A stretch of DNA of 64,000 bases from NCBI RefSeq assembly GCF_022539665.2, contig NC_081331.1:6014001-6078000 (forward strand), in the 5' to 3' direction. The stretch comes from Daphnia carinata (taxonomy: Eukaryota). Below, piece by piece: positions 38,719-49,662 of the stretch (position 1 is its first letter; every line of letters starts with the position of its first letter). The notes under the pieces were generated by a model. It made no database searches and was not told the origin of the DNA. It saw nothing but the letters and a program-made list of their open reading frames with translations. Both the position numbers and the translations under genes were made by a program.

Positions 38719-41306
38719 ATGGATGACTCTACAGAGTCAGATGTTCTCTACGAAGCGTGTTCAATCCTGATGCGATTATCAGCTCGTTCTATCAAAGGAA
38801 TTAGGGCAGATATCGATCAAATTGAGTTACCAACTTTGTCACTCGAATTTCAAAATTTCGAAGAATCATCGCTTTATAAGGCTGACAAAATCGGCAACAG
38901 CAGCAGCTTGAATTTCGTGCCATTACTATTTGGCCTGTTCGCCCTAGGTCTAATCGGGGCTGCTGCCCGTAACGAACGCATTCAAGGTTGGACCCTGTTG
39001 TTGTCAAGAATTTTACGAAGATTGATACGAAAGGTGAAGACACATGTCACCAGGTTAATTGTCACTCTCGGACCTGTCCGAAAAGGTGATCTACTTAATC
39101 TACATATGAAGAGTCCCGGTTCTACGTGGGATCTACGTTCGAGCACTGAGCAGTCTGCTTGTTTTGCCCTTCAAGGCAGGCGACCCAAAATGGAGGATCG
39201 CTTCACTCTAGTCGAAAAACTCGGAAGCACTCCCCTTCATCTCTTTGCTATTTATGACGGGCATGGAGGCGAAGTAAGAAATACAGTTCGTCTGATGAAT
39301 AGAACCGACAGATTAATCACCATTCATAGTAGAATGAGATTCATTGTCATTTCATTAGTGGCAATAGCTAACGCCATCCATCATCACGTTCCACGCATTA
39401 AGAGGGCCAGCTGTGCTCCTCATTAGGGAGCACAGCGGGTTCGTTTACTTAGTGAACCGGTTCAAACGTGAACATTTTCTTGACGCAGAACATTTTTTTT
39501 TCTATCTATGGTAAGGGATTTTCAGTAATATATTACTGGGGGAAAAAAGTCAAAGTTGACAGGAGACGCTAGCTCGTGCTCGTAGACACGCATGACATAC
39601 ATAATGTTCTTTGCCAAGATAAAACGCAGCTATTTTGGTCAAGTCCCTGTTGTTCCTTTCTCTTTTGAGGTAAAGATATTTAAGTCTTCATCCCTTCCTA
39701 CACCTCGCGCCGTCATAAAAGTATCATGACCTCTTTCAAAAATAGCCCCCCGTTTACTCTTTGAACAAAATGAAGGCCATCTACTGACTTCAAGCGACTA
39801 TTTGTTCCCAGAGCTATAAATATCCACTTTATCTGTTTTCTTGTTTTAAATTCGTACGAAGCACAATGCAAGTTTGACGGGTTAGTTAAGCATCCAATTT
39901 TTTTTGGTCTTATAGTTCGCGGCTGATTTCGCTCAGCGTTGGATAGTCAATTGGCTGGAGAAACGGTCTGTAAACTACAAGAGTCGGCTTCCATTGTACG
40001 AACCATGCACATCAGTTTCTCCTCCAAGCGGTCATCAGGAGGTTCGGGTAGAAGAACCGAACACCAACAACGATCAACCCGAGCCGGCTTTACCTGATAA
40101 AAATGGAACAGCAGCAAAAATTGGCCGCAGGAACAGCTTAACCAGCCAGCAACAGGAGTTGCCTTCGCAATCAGAGATGGCTAAAACTCCGTCCTTGAAT
40201 AGAAGGCAGCATTCACAACAAGAAGGTCGGATATCAGTATTCACACCCTGTTTTGTGGCTACGTTTAAGACAAACCTGTTTAACAAAAGAGTTGAATTTT
40301 AAAACGAAAGCATTATCATCAGATTTCAAATAAAAATAACAGAATTAATTAATATTTTATAATTTCAGGCCAAGGAGATTCACCTAATGTCAGTGGAATG
40401 CTGAGGCGGGGAAGTAGTGGACGAGAAGCCACTAGAAAAGTTGAACTAAGGCGAAAAAGCAGCGCACGAATGCCGATACCCACCACTTCAAAGCGTCAAT
40501 CGCTTGTTGCAAATGGGGAATTTGACCTGTCTAGTGAGCTCACAACAGCGATCATGGAGTCGGATAAGGCCCTGCTGGTCGAGGCCAAGAAACTTAATGA
40601 CGTTGCAGGTAAATAGACGTCAATAACTCCATAACATCCTACACCGTTTTCAAATATTGTTCCACTCCTACGCTCCTAAAAGGCAGTACCGCATTGGTAG
40701 CGATCTTGGATTCAGCATCAGGGCAACTGACTGTAGCGAACGTTGGAGATTCGAGAGGTATCCTTTGTGATGCCAAGGGAACTGTTATCCCTTTGTCTTT
40801 CGATCACAAGCCACAACAGGTAAATAAGTTCTCCATAAGTGCTTGAGGACCAATGGATCATCTCTGCTTGTGGTACAACAGTTGAAAGAACGAAAGCGAA
40901 TCCAAGAGGCCGGTGGGTTTATATCTTTCAACGGTGTGTGGCGAGTGGCCGGCATTCTAGCAACTTCCCGTGCTCTAGGAGACTTTCCTCTTAAGGTATG
41001 ATGAATACACAACGCTGAAAGCGATAATGTAAATTCCACCTAAATATGCAGGATCGCAAACTGTTGATCGCCGAGCCGGATGTACTTTCTTTTGATCTTC
41101 ACGAACTCCGACTTCATCAGCCTAGCTTCCTCATTCTTGCATCTGACGGATTGTGGGATGCTTTTACTAACGAAGAAGCTGCTTTTTACGTTCGTCAGCG
41201 ACTTCACGAACCGCACCTCGGTGCAAAAAGTCTTGCTATGCAGGCTTATCAGCGTGGATCGGTAGACAACATCACCGTGCTCGTAATTAATCTCAGCAAG
41301 TTGTGA
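38719..41306 (+). CDS. PPM1L: PP2C-family phosphatase with N-terminal transmembrane segment (PPM1L-like)
   Basis: Hydrophobic segment FVPLLFGLFALGLIGAAA, then QGRRPKMEDRF, FAIYDGHGGE|FAA, AG|STALVA..LTVANVGDSRG, LSFDHKP, GVWRVAGILATSRALGDFPLK, LILASDGLWD and GSVDNITV. The subfamily call is moderate confidence. Confidence 0.88.
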
Positions 41307-41512
41307 AGATTGAAAAGAACGTGTGCTCGAAAAACTCATAACATTATCCACCGTCACTTTCCATATACATATATTGCCCCGATAGATGACCTGCAAATAT
41401 ATCACCAGTTCCACACCTCTCATAAAATGAAATTAATCAATTTTTGGTTTTGGTTTTTGATGGAAAAATCGTTAGAAACATACCACCGATTTGGACATGA
41501 TGGGAGTTGGAA

Positions 41513-42997
41513 TTACATCGCCTGACTTAGGGCGATTTGCGCGCTAGCCACGTAATATTTGGTTGATTGAGAAGTCGAATACCGTTGCGAAAGGTGGATA
41601 TCGTCGACTATGACAGTGCCAAAATTATAGTCCTTCCAGTTCTACCATAAAAACGTGAAAAAAAAAGAAATGTATTACATCTCCTCTACTAAAAACAGTT
41701 TAATTCACCTTTACCTCTAGTATAGGTCTAGCGTTGAAAGTGGAACGTACAGGATCATTTTCGGAATCGTCTTTTACTTTGAACAGCGAATTCATAAGGG
41801 TTGCATGAAGCTTGACGTGATCATACTGGCGATCGAGCAAGCCATCCGCTTCTAATGAATCCACTATGGCATCAGCCATTTGCTGTAGGCGACCTGAACT
41901 ATCGGCGCACTTTCCATACAACACGTCTACCCTCTCTGGGTCATCGTTCATGTATTCCACGCCTCGAATTTCGATTTCAAGAGGAGTCGATCCCATGAGA
42001 TCTCTTAAAGATAAAAATTATTTTATAAAAAGTTCTTAAGCAACTGGATTACAGGATACCTTATGCGTTTTGCGCAATTTTGTAAACTTTGTGCAGCTCG
42101 TAGTCTTTCCTCATTGCTGAGAAGTACCAATGTTCCAATCGTTAGATGAAGCTTTTCAGGATTTTGAAACAATTCTTGATCAATGGCCTGTGGAAAATGT
42201 TTTCGAATTATAAAAGGCCTCCTTGAGTTTTATCAAGTAAACTAAATAGAATTTACCCCTCGTGAAAATTGAAGCACATCATTTTTAAATTGAACAAAAC
42301 GCGCTTTAACATTAGGAGTAGTCAGGGGTATGGAAACGAAATGTGTGAAAGGCATTCGCTTTCGCGCGTTTGACACCACAAGGCTGACTCGCATAAAAGC
42401 GGATGAGACATCTTTAGCACTAAACCCAGTGATAGCTAAAGGGAAAATATCCAAGTATTATGTAGAAAAAGTGTGCAAAATCTCGGACCCTTACCAACAT
42501 CCCCAGACTGGCCTTTCTTAGGAATATATAACTGGACTTTGGTATCTTTTTCAATCTGCCGCTTTGCATCTCCATTCCTCCCGATTATTTTTGAATAATA
42601 TTCACTAAAAAAAAAAAAATTTTAGTCACGGTAACTATGAGTAGCTGTTACACTGCAAATCTCACCTTGCTATACACATTTTTACACGAAACCTTCCATC
42701 TCCAAGTTGTTCAATTGGGACATTTGCAGTTTCACAAGAATCACCTTCATCATCATACTCACAAGATTCAACTAAAAGAAAGAGTTGGGTTTAGTACCTA
42801 AAGTATAACTGTAGCCTGCAGGAAAGTTATGAGATGTGACGGAAGTTACATGATCCCAAATGTTGTCCTTCATGCTGTTTGTTGGACAATTCAATGCCAT
42901 CTGGTACGCTATTCCCATCATCATATAATGGGGAGATTCGATTCTTGCGGTAGCACCTATTATCAATCCAAATAATTTGCGGTTGAATTATATCCAT
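41513..42997 (-). CDS. ASCC1: Activating signal cointegrator 1 complex subunit 1 (KH + 2H phosphoesterase)
   Basis: MDIIQPQIIWIDNRCYRKN N-terminus, KH loop IIGRNG..KRQIEKDT..IPKKG, PFTHFVSIP, LFQNPEKLHLTIGTL (HxT 1), YMNDDP..VDVLY, VKLHATLMN (HxT 2), FNARPIL, IHLSQR. Confidence 0.93.
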
Positions 42998-43529
42998 GCT
43001 GCTTTGAACTTAAAACAAAAGGACGGAAGCTACAGTAAAGAAGAGCAATATGATCTCAAGAAAACAGAAAAAGCAGACGACAGTTCTACCGCGGATTTTC
43101 CTTTTCAAAACGTGATAGATTCAAAACGAACGATCAGCATTTCAGCCTTTTGTTTAGTTTAAATTTAACAAATTCTTAATAAAACAAAACAATGTTCCTG
43201 ATCTATGGACCTGGGTAACTATACCCCACAACTTAAGACGTTTTTGGTACCATAAACCGTGGCGGATATGTTTTCTCTGCATGTGAATCTTGAGTTCAGG
43301 TAAAGCTATGAGTTTTTAATCCGCATTATTTGATCAACACATATTAAGCCATACCAAACAAGCAATAGAAAAGAATACATATGCAACTAAATCTGATGAA
43401 ATGTTACCCTAGTAGTGGAAGTTTGGTTCTTTGCTGCTTGTGATAACTAACAAGACAGTCAATCCACCTCCCTTCCACTACCTGGCAAAGTACAACCAAG
43501 TAGTGGATCTTAAACACAGGGAACCATAA

Positions 43530-43705
43530 AAGGAATTTTGATATTGGAATTTTGATATTGGAAGTTTGATAGTGGAATTTCGAAACATCATCTAACCTAA
43601 CTTAACTTAGCATAGCTTAGCATAGCTTAGCTTAGCTTTGCTTAACTTAACTTAACTTAACTTAACTTAACTTAACTCAACTTAACTTAAGTTAACTTAA
43701 TCTAT
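43530..43705. repeat. Short tandem repeats: GGAATTTTGATATT-like 14-mer x3-4, then pentamer tract (CTTAG/CATAG/CTTAA)n
   Basis: Read directly: ggaattttgatatt copies at about 43532-43580, and ctaacctaacttaacttagcatagcttag...cttaacttaa at about 43592-43700. Confidence 0.9.
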
Positions 43706-43709
43706 TAAC

Positions 43710-44141
43710 TTACTCAATCACAATACATTCAGAGAAAACGAAATCCGACAATATCTTTGGAAGCTCGAGAGCCTCTATGAAACCTGGAGTCTTCATGGGC
43801 ACTAACGATTTCAATACCACCGACCGACACAGGTCGGTTAACACTCTTGGGTTATGGACAAGGGGGACTTTTCGTAGGCGAAAACGTGGACCCCACTGTG
43901 CCCGCCTAGCCCTAGCTCTAGCAGAATGGGGAAGTTCAGCAAGCTCACGTCTTTGGTTTCCCTGGTTGTGGTCAGGAACTGCAATTGCTATGACCGCAAC
44001 ATATTCGATCTCTGGAGCAGGAAAAATTCGTTCAGGAGCAGCAACGGCTCGGCCACCTAAAGCCGCCATCCACTTCTTTGCTACGTATCCCAAGGCAGCA
44101 ACGGCTCCGACAGCCAAAACAATTTTTCCAATGGAAGGCAT
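43710..44141 (-). CDS. Intronless 143-aa orphan: N-terminal hydrophobic anchor + C-terminal SOCS/BC-box-like motif
   Basis: A-rich Kozak context (aaaactacaATG) and an Inr-like TCAGT about 30 nt upstream. The N-terminus is MPSIGKIVLAVGAVAALGYVAKK. The C-terminal PRVLTDLCRSVVLKSL..FIEALELPKILSDFV fits the SOCS-box pattern PxxLxxLCRxxI...IxxLxLPxxLxxY/F. Confidence 0.65.
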   Translation of the reverse strand: MPSIGKIVLAVGAVAALGYVAKKWMAALGGRAVAAPERIFPAPEIEYVAVIAIAVPDHNQGNQRRELAELPHSARARARRAQWGPRFRLRKVPLVHNPRVLTDLCRSVVLKSLVPMKTPGFIEALELPKILSDFVFSECIVIE

Positions 44142-44706
44142 TGTAGTTTTGTTTTTACACTGCACTATCACTGAAAGTGTCTGATGCACGTTTATTTCTA
44201 GTAATGTGTCTTTTGTCACACGGTTGTTTGTTTATTGTTTGTTCACACTGCACTATCACTGGAACTGTCTGCAACAAGATGCTGGAAGTGTAGAAACTGT
44301 TGAAAGGTTTTGGTTTGAATTCGATTGACGTTTGTGGTAATGGCATTCCACGTGGCGCTGAGACCACGCACGAATGTTCATCCTTGAGGAGATCCAGCAG
44401 CTGGACCCTTGCCCGTGCAGTCTGTACACCATCCGGCGATCCGCATTTGCTCATGATCGCCTTGGCTCGGCTCTCCCCCCACTCGCTTCCCCCTCAATGG
44501 GTCAATGGGGGGGTCAATGGGGGGAAAATACGTCGCGAAGTTTCAATAATGATTGAACAACTACAGTTCCCGCCACCAGAGGGAAATATTTTTCAATGTT
44601 GATAGATTCGTCTGCTTGGGAATTATTTATTGTTCTCACTTAATTTGTTTTGAATCGTATATTACGTATTGTTTACCTTTATTCTAATATTGATACGAAG
44701 GCTGAT

Positions 44707-45958
44707 ATGGAAGACCTAGACATTAGTGATTATAAAGTCACATCAGAAGTCCATGTTTTCAGTGAAGGAGAATCTGTTGGTGATGATGAACACATTGGTA
44801 AAGTCCAAGTTAACACAAATATTTCCTTAAAACATAGAAATAGTAATATTGTGCATTTTTTTTAAATCAGTGATCTCAACTTTCAAATTTAGTCTACCTA
44901 AGAATCATAGTTTTAGTCTTCACCAAAATGTGAACGAAGAAGTAGCTGCTGATGATGATGGTGATCTAGTTGTCCAAAGGAAGAACTACACACCAGATTA
45001 TTCCCTTTCTATAAGTAAATACTAATATACTTTTCTTCGAGAGAAGCAAATAACCATTAACTACTCTGGAACTATTGTTGCTTCTTGCAGAACATCATGT
45101 CAATACTTCACTTGACTTAGTGGGGTTACAAGTCTGGCGTGGTGCATTTTTGTTGGCTGATTTCCTACTTCACTATGCCATGAATGAGGACACAGATTTC
45201 AAAATTTGTAAGGATGACATTGTAATTGAGCTTGGAGCTGGTACAGGATTAACAAGTATTGTTGCAGGAATGGTGGCTGGTCATGTTGTGAGTACAGGTA
45301 ATGATCCATCAGAACTTTTTCGTATAAAGTTTGCTACCTAATAAATTTTGTTTGTTTTTAGACATTTCAAAAGGAAACATTCTGTCCTTGATTGATACAA
45401 ATATTAAACAGAATTCAAAGTGGATTAGAGGCCAGGTTGAAGCCATGGAACTAGATTTTTGCAATTCAAATTATCCAGAAAAGCTAGTCAGTCTGCTACA
45501 AAACTCAACATTGCTCCTAGCAGCAGATGGTAGACATTAATTTCCCATAGATGATGGAACAGAACACTTCAAATTTATTTTACTTTTTTTTAAAGTTGTA
45601 TATCATGATGATTTGACGGATGCCTTTTTGTCGACTTTGAAAAAACTGATGGGCATGGGTCGTCCGAAAACTGCCCTCATTGCCCTTGAGAAAAGGTAAG
45701 ATTGCTAGTGGTCGATTAATGTATTTCATCGAATTCCCCAACTAAATATTCTTCTTATATTCTAGATTCGTGTTTACTTTGTCGGATTTGGACGTAGTAG
45801 CCCCATGTTACAATTACTTCTATGAAAATCTTTTACAAGAATTTAATTCGTACGATGTCATGCAGATTGATACTAGTCAAATAACTCAATATTTTTGCTA
45901 CGAGCGAGTTAAAGAACTCGTATTATTCAAAATTCAAGAAAAGCGTCCACTGCCTTAA
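44707..45958 (+). CDS. METTL22: Methyltransferase-like protein 22 (family 16 seven-beta-strand lysine methyltransferase)
   Basis: VTSEVH, DDDGDLVV, EHHVNTSLDLVGLQVWRGAFLLADF, VIELGAGTGLTSI, LLAAD|VVYHDDLTDAF, ALEKR|FVFTLSDLDVVAPCY, QYFCYERVKELVL. Confidence 0.9.
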
Positions 45959-46296
45959 TTTTTATGCTCAACAAATAGAATTTATTCTCCATCATCGGAC
46001 TAATCATGTAAATAGATAGGGATGTACTAAGCGCGTGAATATTAAGTCACTGGTTATGATTTGTTTCTGCTTTGTCCGTGAATATTTAGCCTCCGCATTT
46101 ACATTTCAAGCGGTGTTGATGGAGGAAGTGGAGGGAAAAACGTGAAACATGATAACAGCAAAAAAACAAAGAATTAGAGACAAGATCATTTTTTTTCTCC
46201 TCCCTTTCACAGTGGTCATGGATATACAGAATCGTGAGTGCATTGCCCGTTTCATGTCAACGCAGGCAACAGGTGCTTGCGATCTCACTTGCTGTT

Positions 46297-49200
46297 TTAC
46301 AGCGAATCCAAGGCAGCATTGCTTAACTGGGAGGCGTAGTAATTCACCGACTAGAAAGAAAGCATTTGATAATTAAAAGCTGAAATAATGGCAAACAGAT
46401 TTCAATTTCATACTTTGTATATGAAAGCGTACTGTTCCCCAGTTTGTACACAACCGGCCCTGTCCTGTCGAAGACGATGGACGGACCGTGGGATATCGAT
46501 ACTTCGGCTCGAATCAAGATGTCTCATGCAGACATCGATGGCCAAAACAGCACCTGTCCTTCCTGTTCCTGGGCTACAATGGACCACCATAGGAGCTCTT
46601 TGCTCCTTGGACTGTCCTTTACGAGCTTCCAGCAACAGTGAAACGATAGTTTTACCGTCTTCTGGAACACCTGTAGCTGGCCAAGAACTGTACCACAAAT
46701 GCGTGATTTCGCGCACTAGGTTGTCTTCCATTCGCTTCAGTTGGATGTGAGAAGTGACATAATTATCGCGTAATTCTCTCGATTTGAGAGTAACCTATTT
46801 ACAATTTAGATAAAAATTAAACAATCAGACCATAAACATGAGCTACGAAAAAGGAACGTACTTGATAGTCACCGTAAAGGCGATGACAATCTAAAACTTC
46901 GGATGGAGGAAGATACTCTGCGCAGCGAGAGACACCATTCTCAGACAAGTCCGTCAATTGAACTATTATCTTGCACTGATTCTCCCAAATCATCTGCCAA
47001 AAATCTTCGACTGTTTCCTCCATAGGTCCTTGGCAACCAATATAAAAATTAGGCTCTTCTTTCGGCCCCTATCCATTCAAAATCAGATAAATAGTTTACC
47101 ACCTGTGACTTCAACTATAAAATAAATCCTACCTTTATATAATTGGCATTGATATACTGTTCAATGGTATCTGCTGGCTGATTGTCTTGGACACGAATAT
47201 GAACACGCGTCTCGGGAACAGGTAAAACATTAGCATAACGATTTTTGGTTTCGACGCCTACAGGCAGTTCATCGATGCGCACAGTAGACGTGGCAATGTT
47301 ACGAAACTCAGCCTCAATGCTTGTAATAGGTTTCTCCATATACAAAGCCAGTTGAGCTGCCGTTAGAGGCACCGAAAACACCGTCTACATTCGAAAAGAT
47401 GAAATTAGCTAACTTTTAATTGTCAAAAGAAAAACAAAAATTTACCGAGTCGTCGAAGGCCTGATTACAATACGATCGTTTCGAAGCCCGCAAACTGTTG
47501 CGAACTTTGCCCCGCTGCCACGTATTGGATTGGCTGACATTATCCAAACTGTAGGCATCCATCCGTGCAGGCTGGCACGTTCCCTGCACGGCTCTTGCAC
47601 GACGCCGACGGAACACCAACAGAAGAAGAATAGCAATTGCCAGGCAGAGAATGGCTGCAATGCTGACGGAAACAGCTACAATAGTTGTAGTAGTAGAATC
47701 CTCATCGCCACTTTGCGAACCCTCTGTGCTAGGCCATTCATCATAGGGATAGTATTCCGTTGAAGTTGGATCGTAAAACGGCGGCACAGATGGTTCGTGG
47801 AAAGTTACAGGTACATTGGGTGTTGTTGGCCAACCAGCTAGTGGGTTAACATCGTGTGGGGCGGATGGCGTAGGTGGCGCTGGCTGCAGTGACCAACCGG
47901 ATGACGTGAACACAACAGCGCTAGCCGTTGTTGTTTTTAGCGTCGTCGACGGTGCCGACGTCGTGATTGGTTTGCTGGTCTCCGTCGGCAATACGGTCGT
48001 ACTGGGTGGTCGCGTTAATGCGGGAAATAATGTGGCTAGCCCAGCCGAAAGGGTAGTAGAACGACCTGATTCTTCTCGATTACCTTTCCCGTTATCGATG
48101 TTTCTTTCTTGGTCAGTCGATTCCTCCGGCTGCCAGGTAACTGTGGTCACTGGATCACTCGTACTAACCGCCATGATTGCCGCTCGTAAACTAGTTGATG
48201 GCACATTGCTTTCTGTTGTAGACAAAACGGCGACGTTTGCTTCATCAGTTACAGAAGAATTCGAAGGAACATTGATCGTAGGAGACGATTGGTTACTCGA
48301 GCTCAAAACAGTGGACAAGTCCGTTGTTACTGGACTCTCTTCTACCGGTGTTGTAAGAACATCTTCCAGCTGGCTCGTTTCTTCGTCTCCCGCTATTAGT
48401 ACGTTAGACGGTTGCGTGATTAAACTACTATTGGCCATTCCATCATCGCTCGATGATGTCAACACAACATTGTCTTCCACCTCGATATCTGTAGAATTCA
48501 TATCGATAGGTATAACGGTAGACGTTTCATTGATCATTGGAAACGTTTCATTTGCAAACGAGTTTTCTGTAGCGTTGAAGGTTTCTTCTACTCCATCCAG
48601 TTGGCCAGTCAGTTCTATTGTTGCATTATGAGCGACATCTTCCGAATTTACAATCGGAAGAACAAGAGAACTGTTATCAACTAAAAGAGGGTTATCGTTT
48701 AGTTGTTGTGTTTGATTGACCAAGACTGGGACAGATCCTGTGGCTGGAGTTTCACTTGTAACCGAAACGTGTCCTGTTTCTGGAATTTCACTCGGAACTT
48801 GATCTGTGGCTGCAACTGGAGCAACCGTTGGCACTATGACTGGCATCGTGCTAAGAACTGGAATTGATCCTATGGATGTAGTAACTTCGCTTGGAACCGG
48901 ACTTGACGATATGGGTGTAATTTCTGCTGGAACGGGAACGGATGAAGCGACAACAGAATCATTAGCTTGTGGATCAGCTATGATTGTAAACGTAGGACCA
49001 GAACTAGCATCGTCCAGATCAAAACGAACGACAGCCGGCCGAGATGAAACAGGAGGTAGTGTGGCCGTCGGCGTTTCCGTAGATGGTACCCGGATACTGC
49101 TAGATATCGTTCGTTCCGTGCTGGTTGTTGCAGTCCGGGATTGAGTGGCCAAAATAGTCGGAAGAGGTCGCAGTAATGGTGTTGGTCGAATGACAAGTGT

Positions 49201-49662
49201 CGAAGGTCCAGGTGGTGGTGGTCGGACAGAAACTGGAGACGGAAAGGGAGTCGCTTGAGGGAAATTCGATTGCGGCAAAGGTGGTGACACAAGACGAGTG
49301 GAGGCCCAAACTATTGGCGTCCAATCATTATTATTGCTAGACCGTAGGCTATTGTCCAACGTAGAGCCTGCTGATTGGCTACCCGTTTGCGAGGCGATAA
49401 GCTGCGTTGGATCGTCTTCAAAATCCGAATTGAGAAGAATTCTTGCCCGTAAATCGTTCGGCGGGAGGGCTGTTATTTCCTTATCGACTGAACGGACCGT
49501 GGTGGCTTCCAAGGCCGGCACTAGCGTGACTGGAGCATCTGTGGTGATCCATTCCGTGGTAATCTCATCTGGCTGAATCTCCTGGCTAGCAGCCGTCATC
49601 CAACAGACGAGGCCAACGAGGACAACAATCAATTCAATCCGCATCACGACCGTCGTCTTCAT
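46297..49662 (-). CDS. Receptor-type protein tyrosine phosphatase-like protein: signal peptide, Ser/Thr/Pro mucin-like ectodomain, TM helix, single PTP domain
   Basis: Signal peptide MKTTVVMRIELIVVLVGLVCWMTAAS and TM IVAVSVSIAAILCLAIAILLLLVF followed by RRRR. The PTP domain has KNRYANVLP, YINANYI, CQGP..TVEDFWQMIWE, WPATGVP, VHCSPGTGRTG and LRQDRAGCVQT.EQY.F. An acceptor just 5' of the ATG implies non-coding upstream exon(s). Confidence 0.9.

Noticed and set aside
44155..44454. 99-aa ORF upstream of the orphan gene
   Set aside because: It has no recognisable motif and runs through the duplicated leader module. It is probably incidental.
47816..49576. Long plus-strand ORFs (271, 112 and 92 aa) opposite the PTP ectodomain, and similar antisense ORFs over domino and Hrp48
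   Set aside because: These are shadow frames of low-complexity coding sequence with no independent motifs or splice signals.
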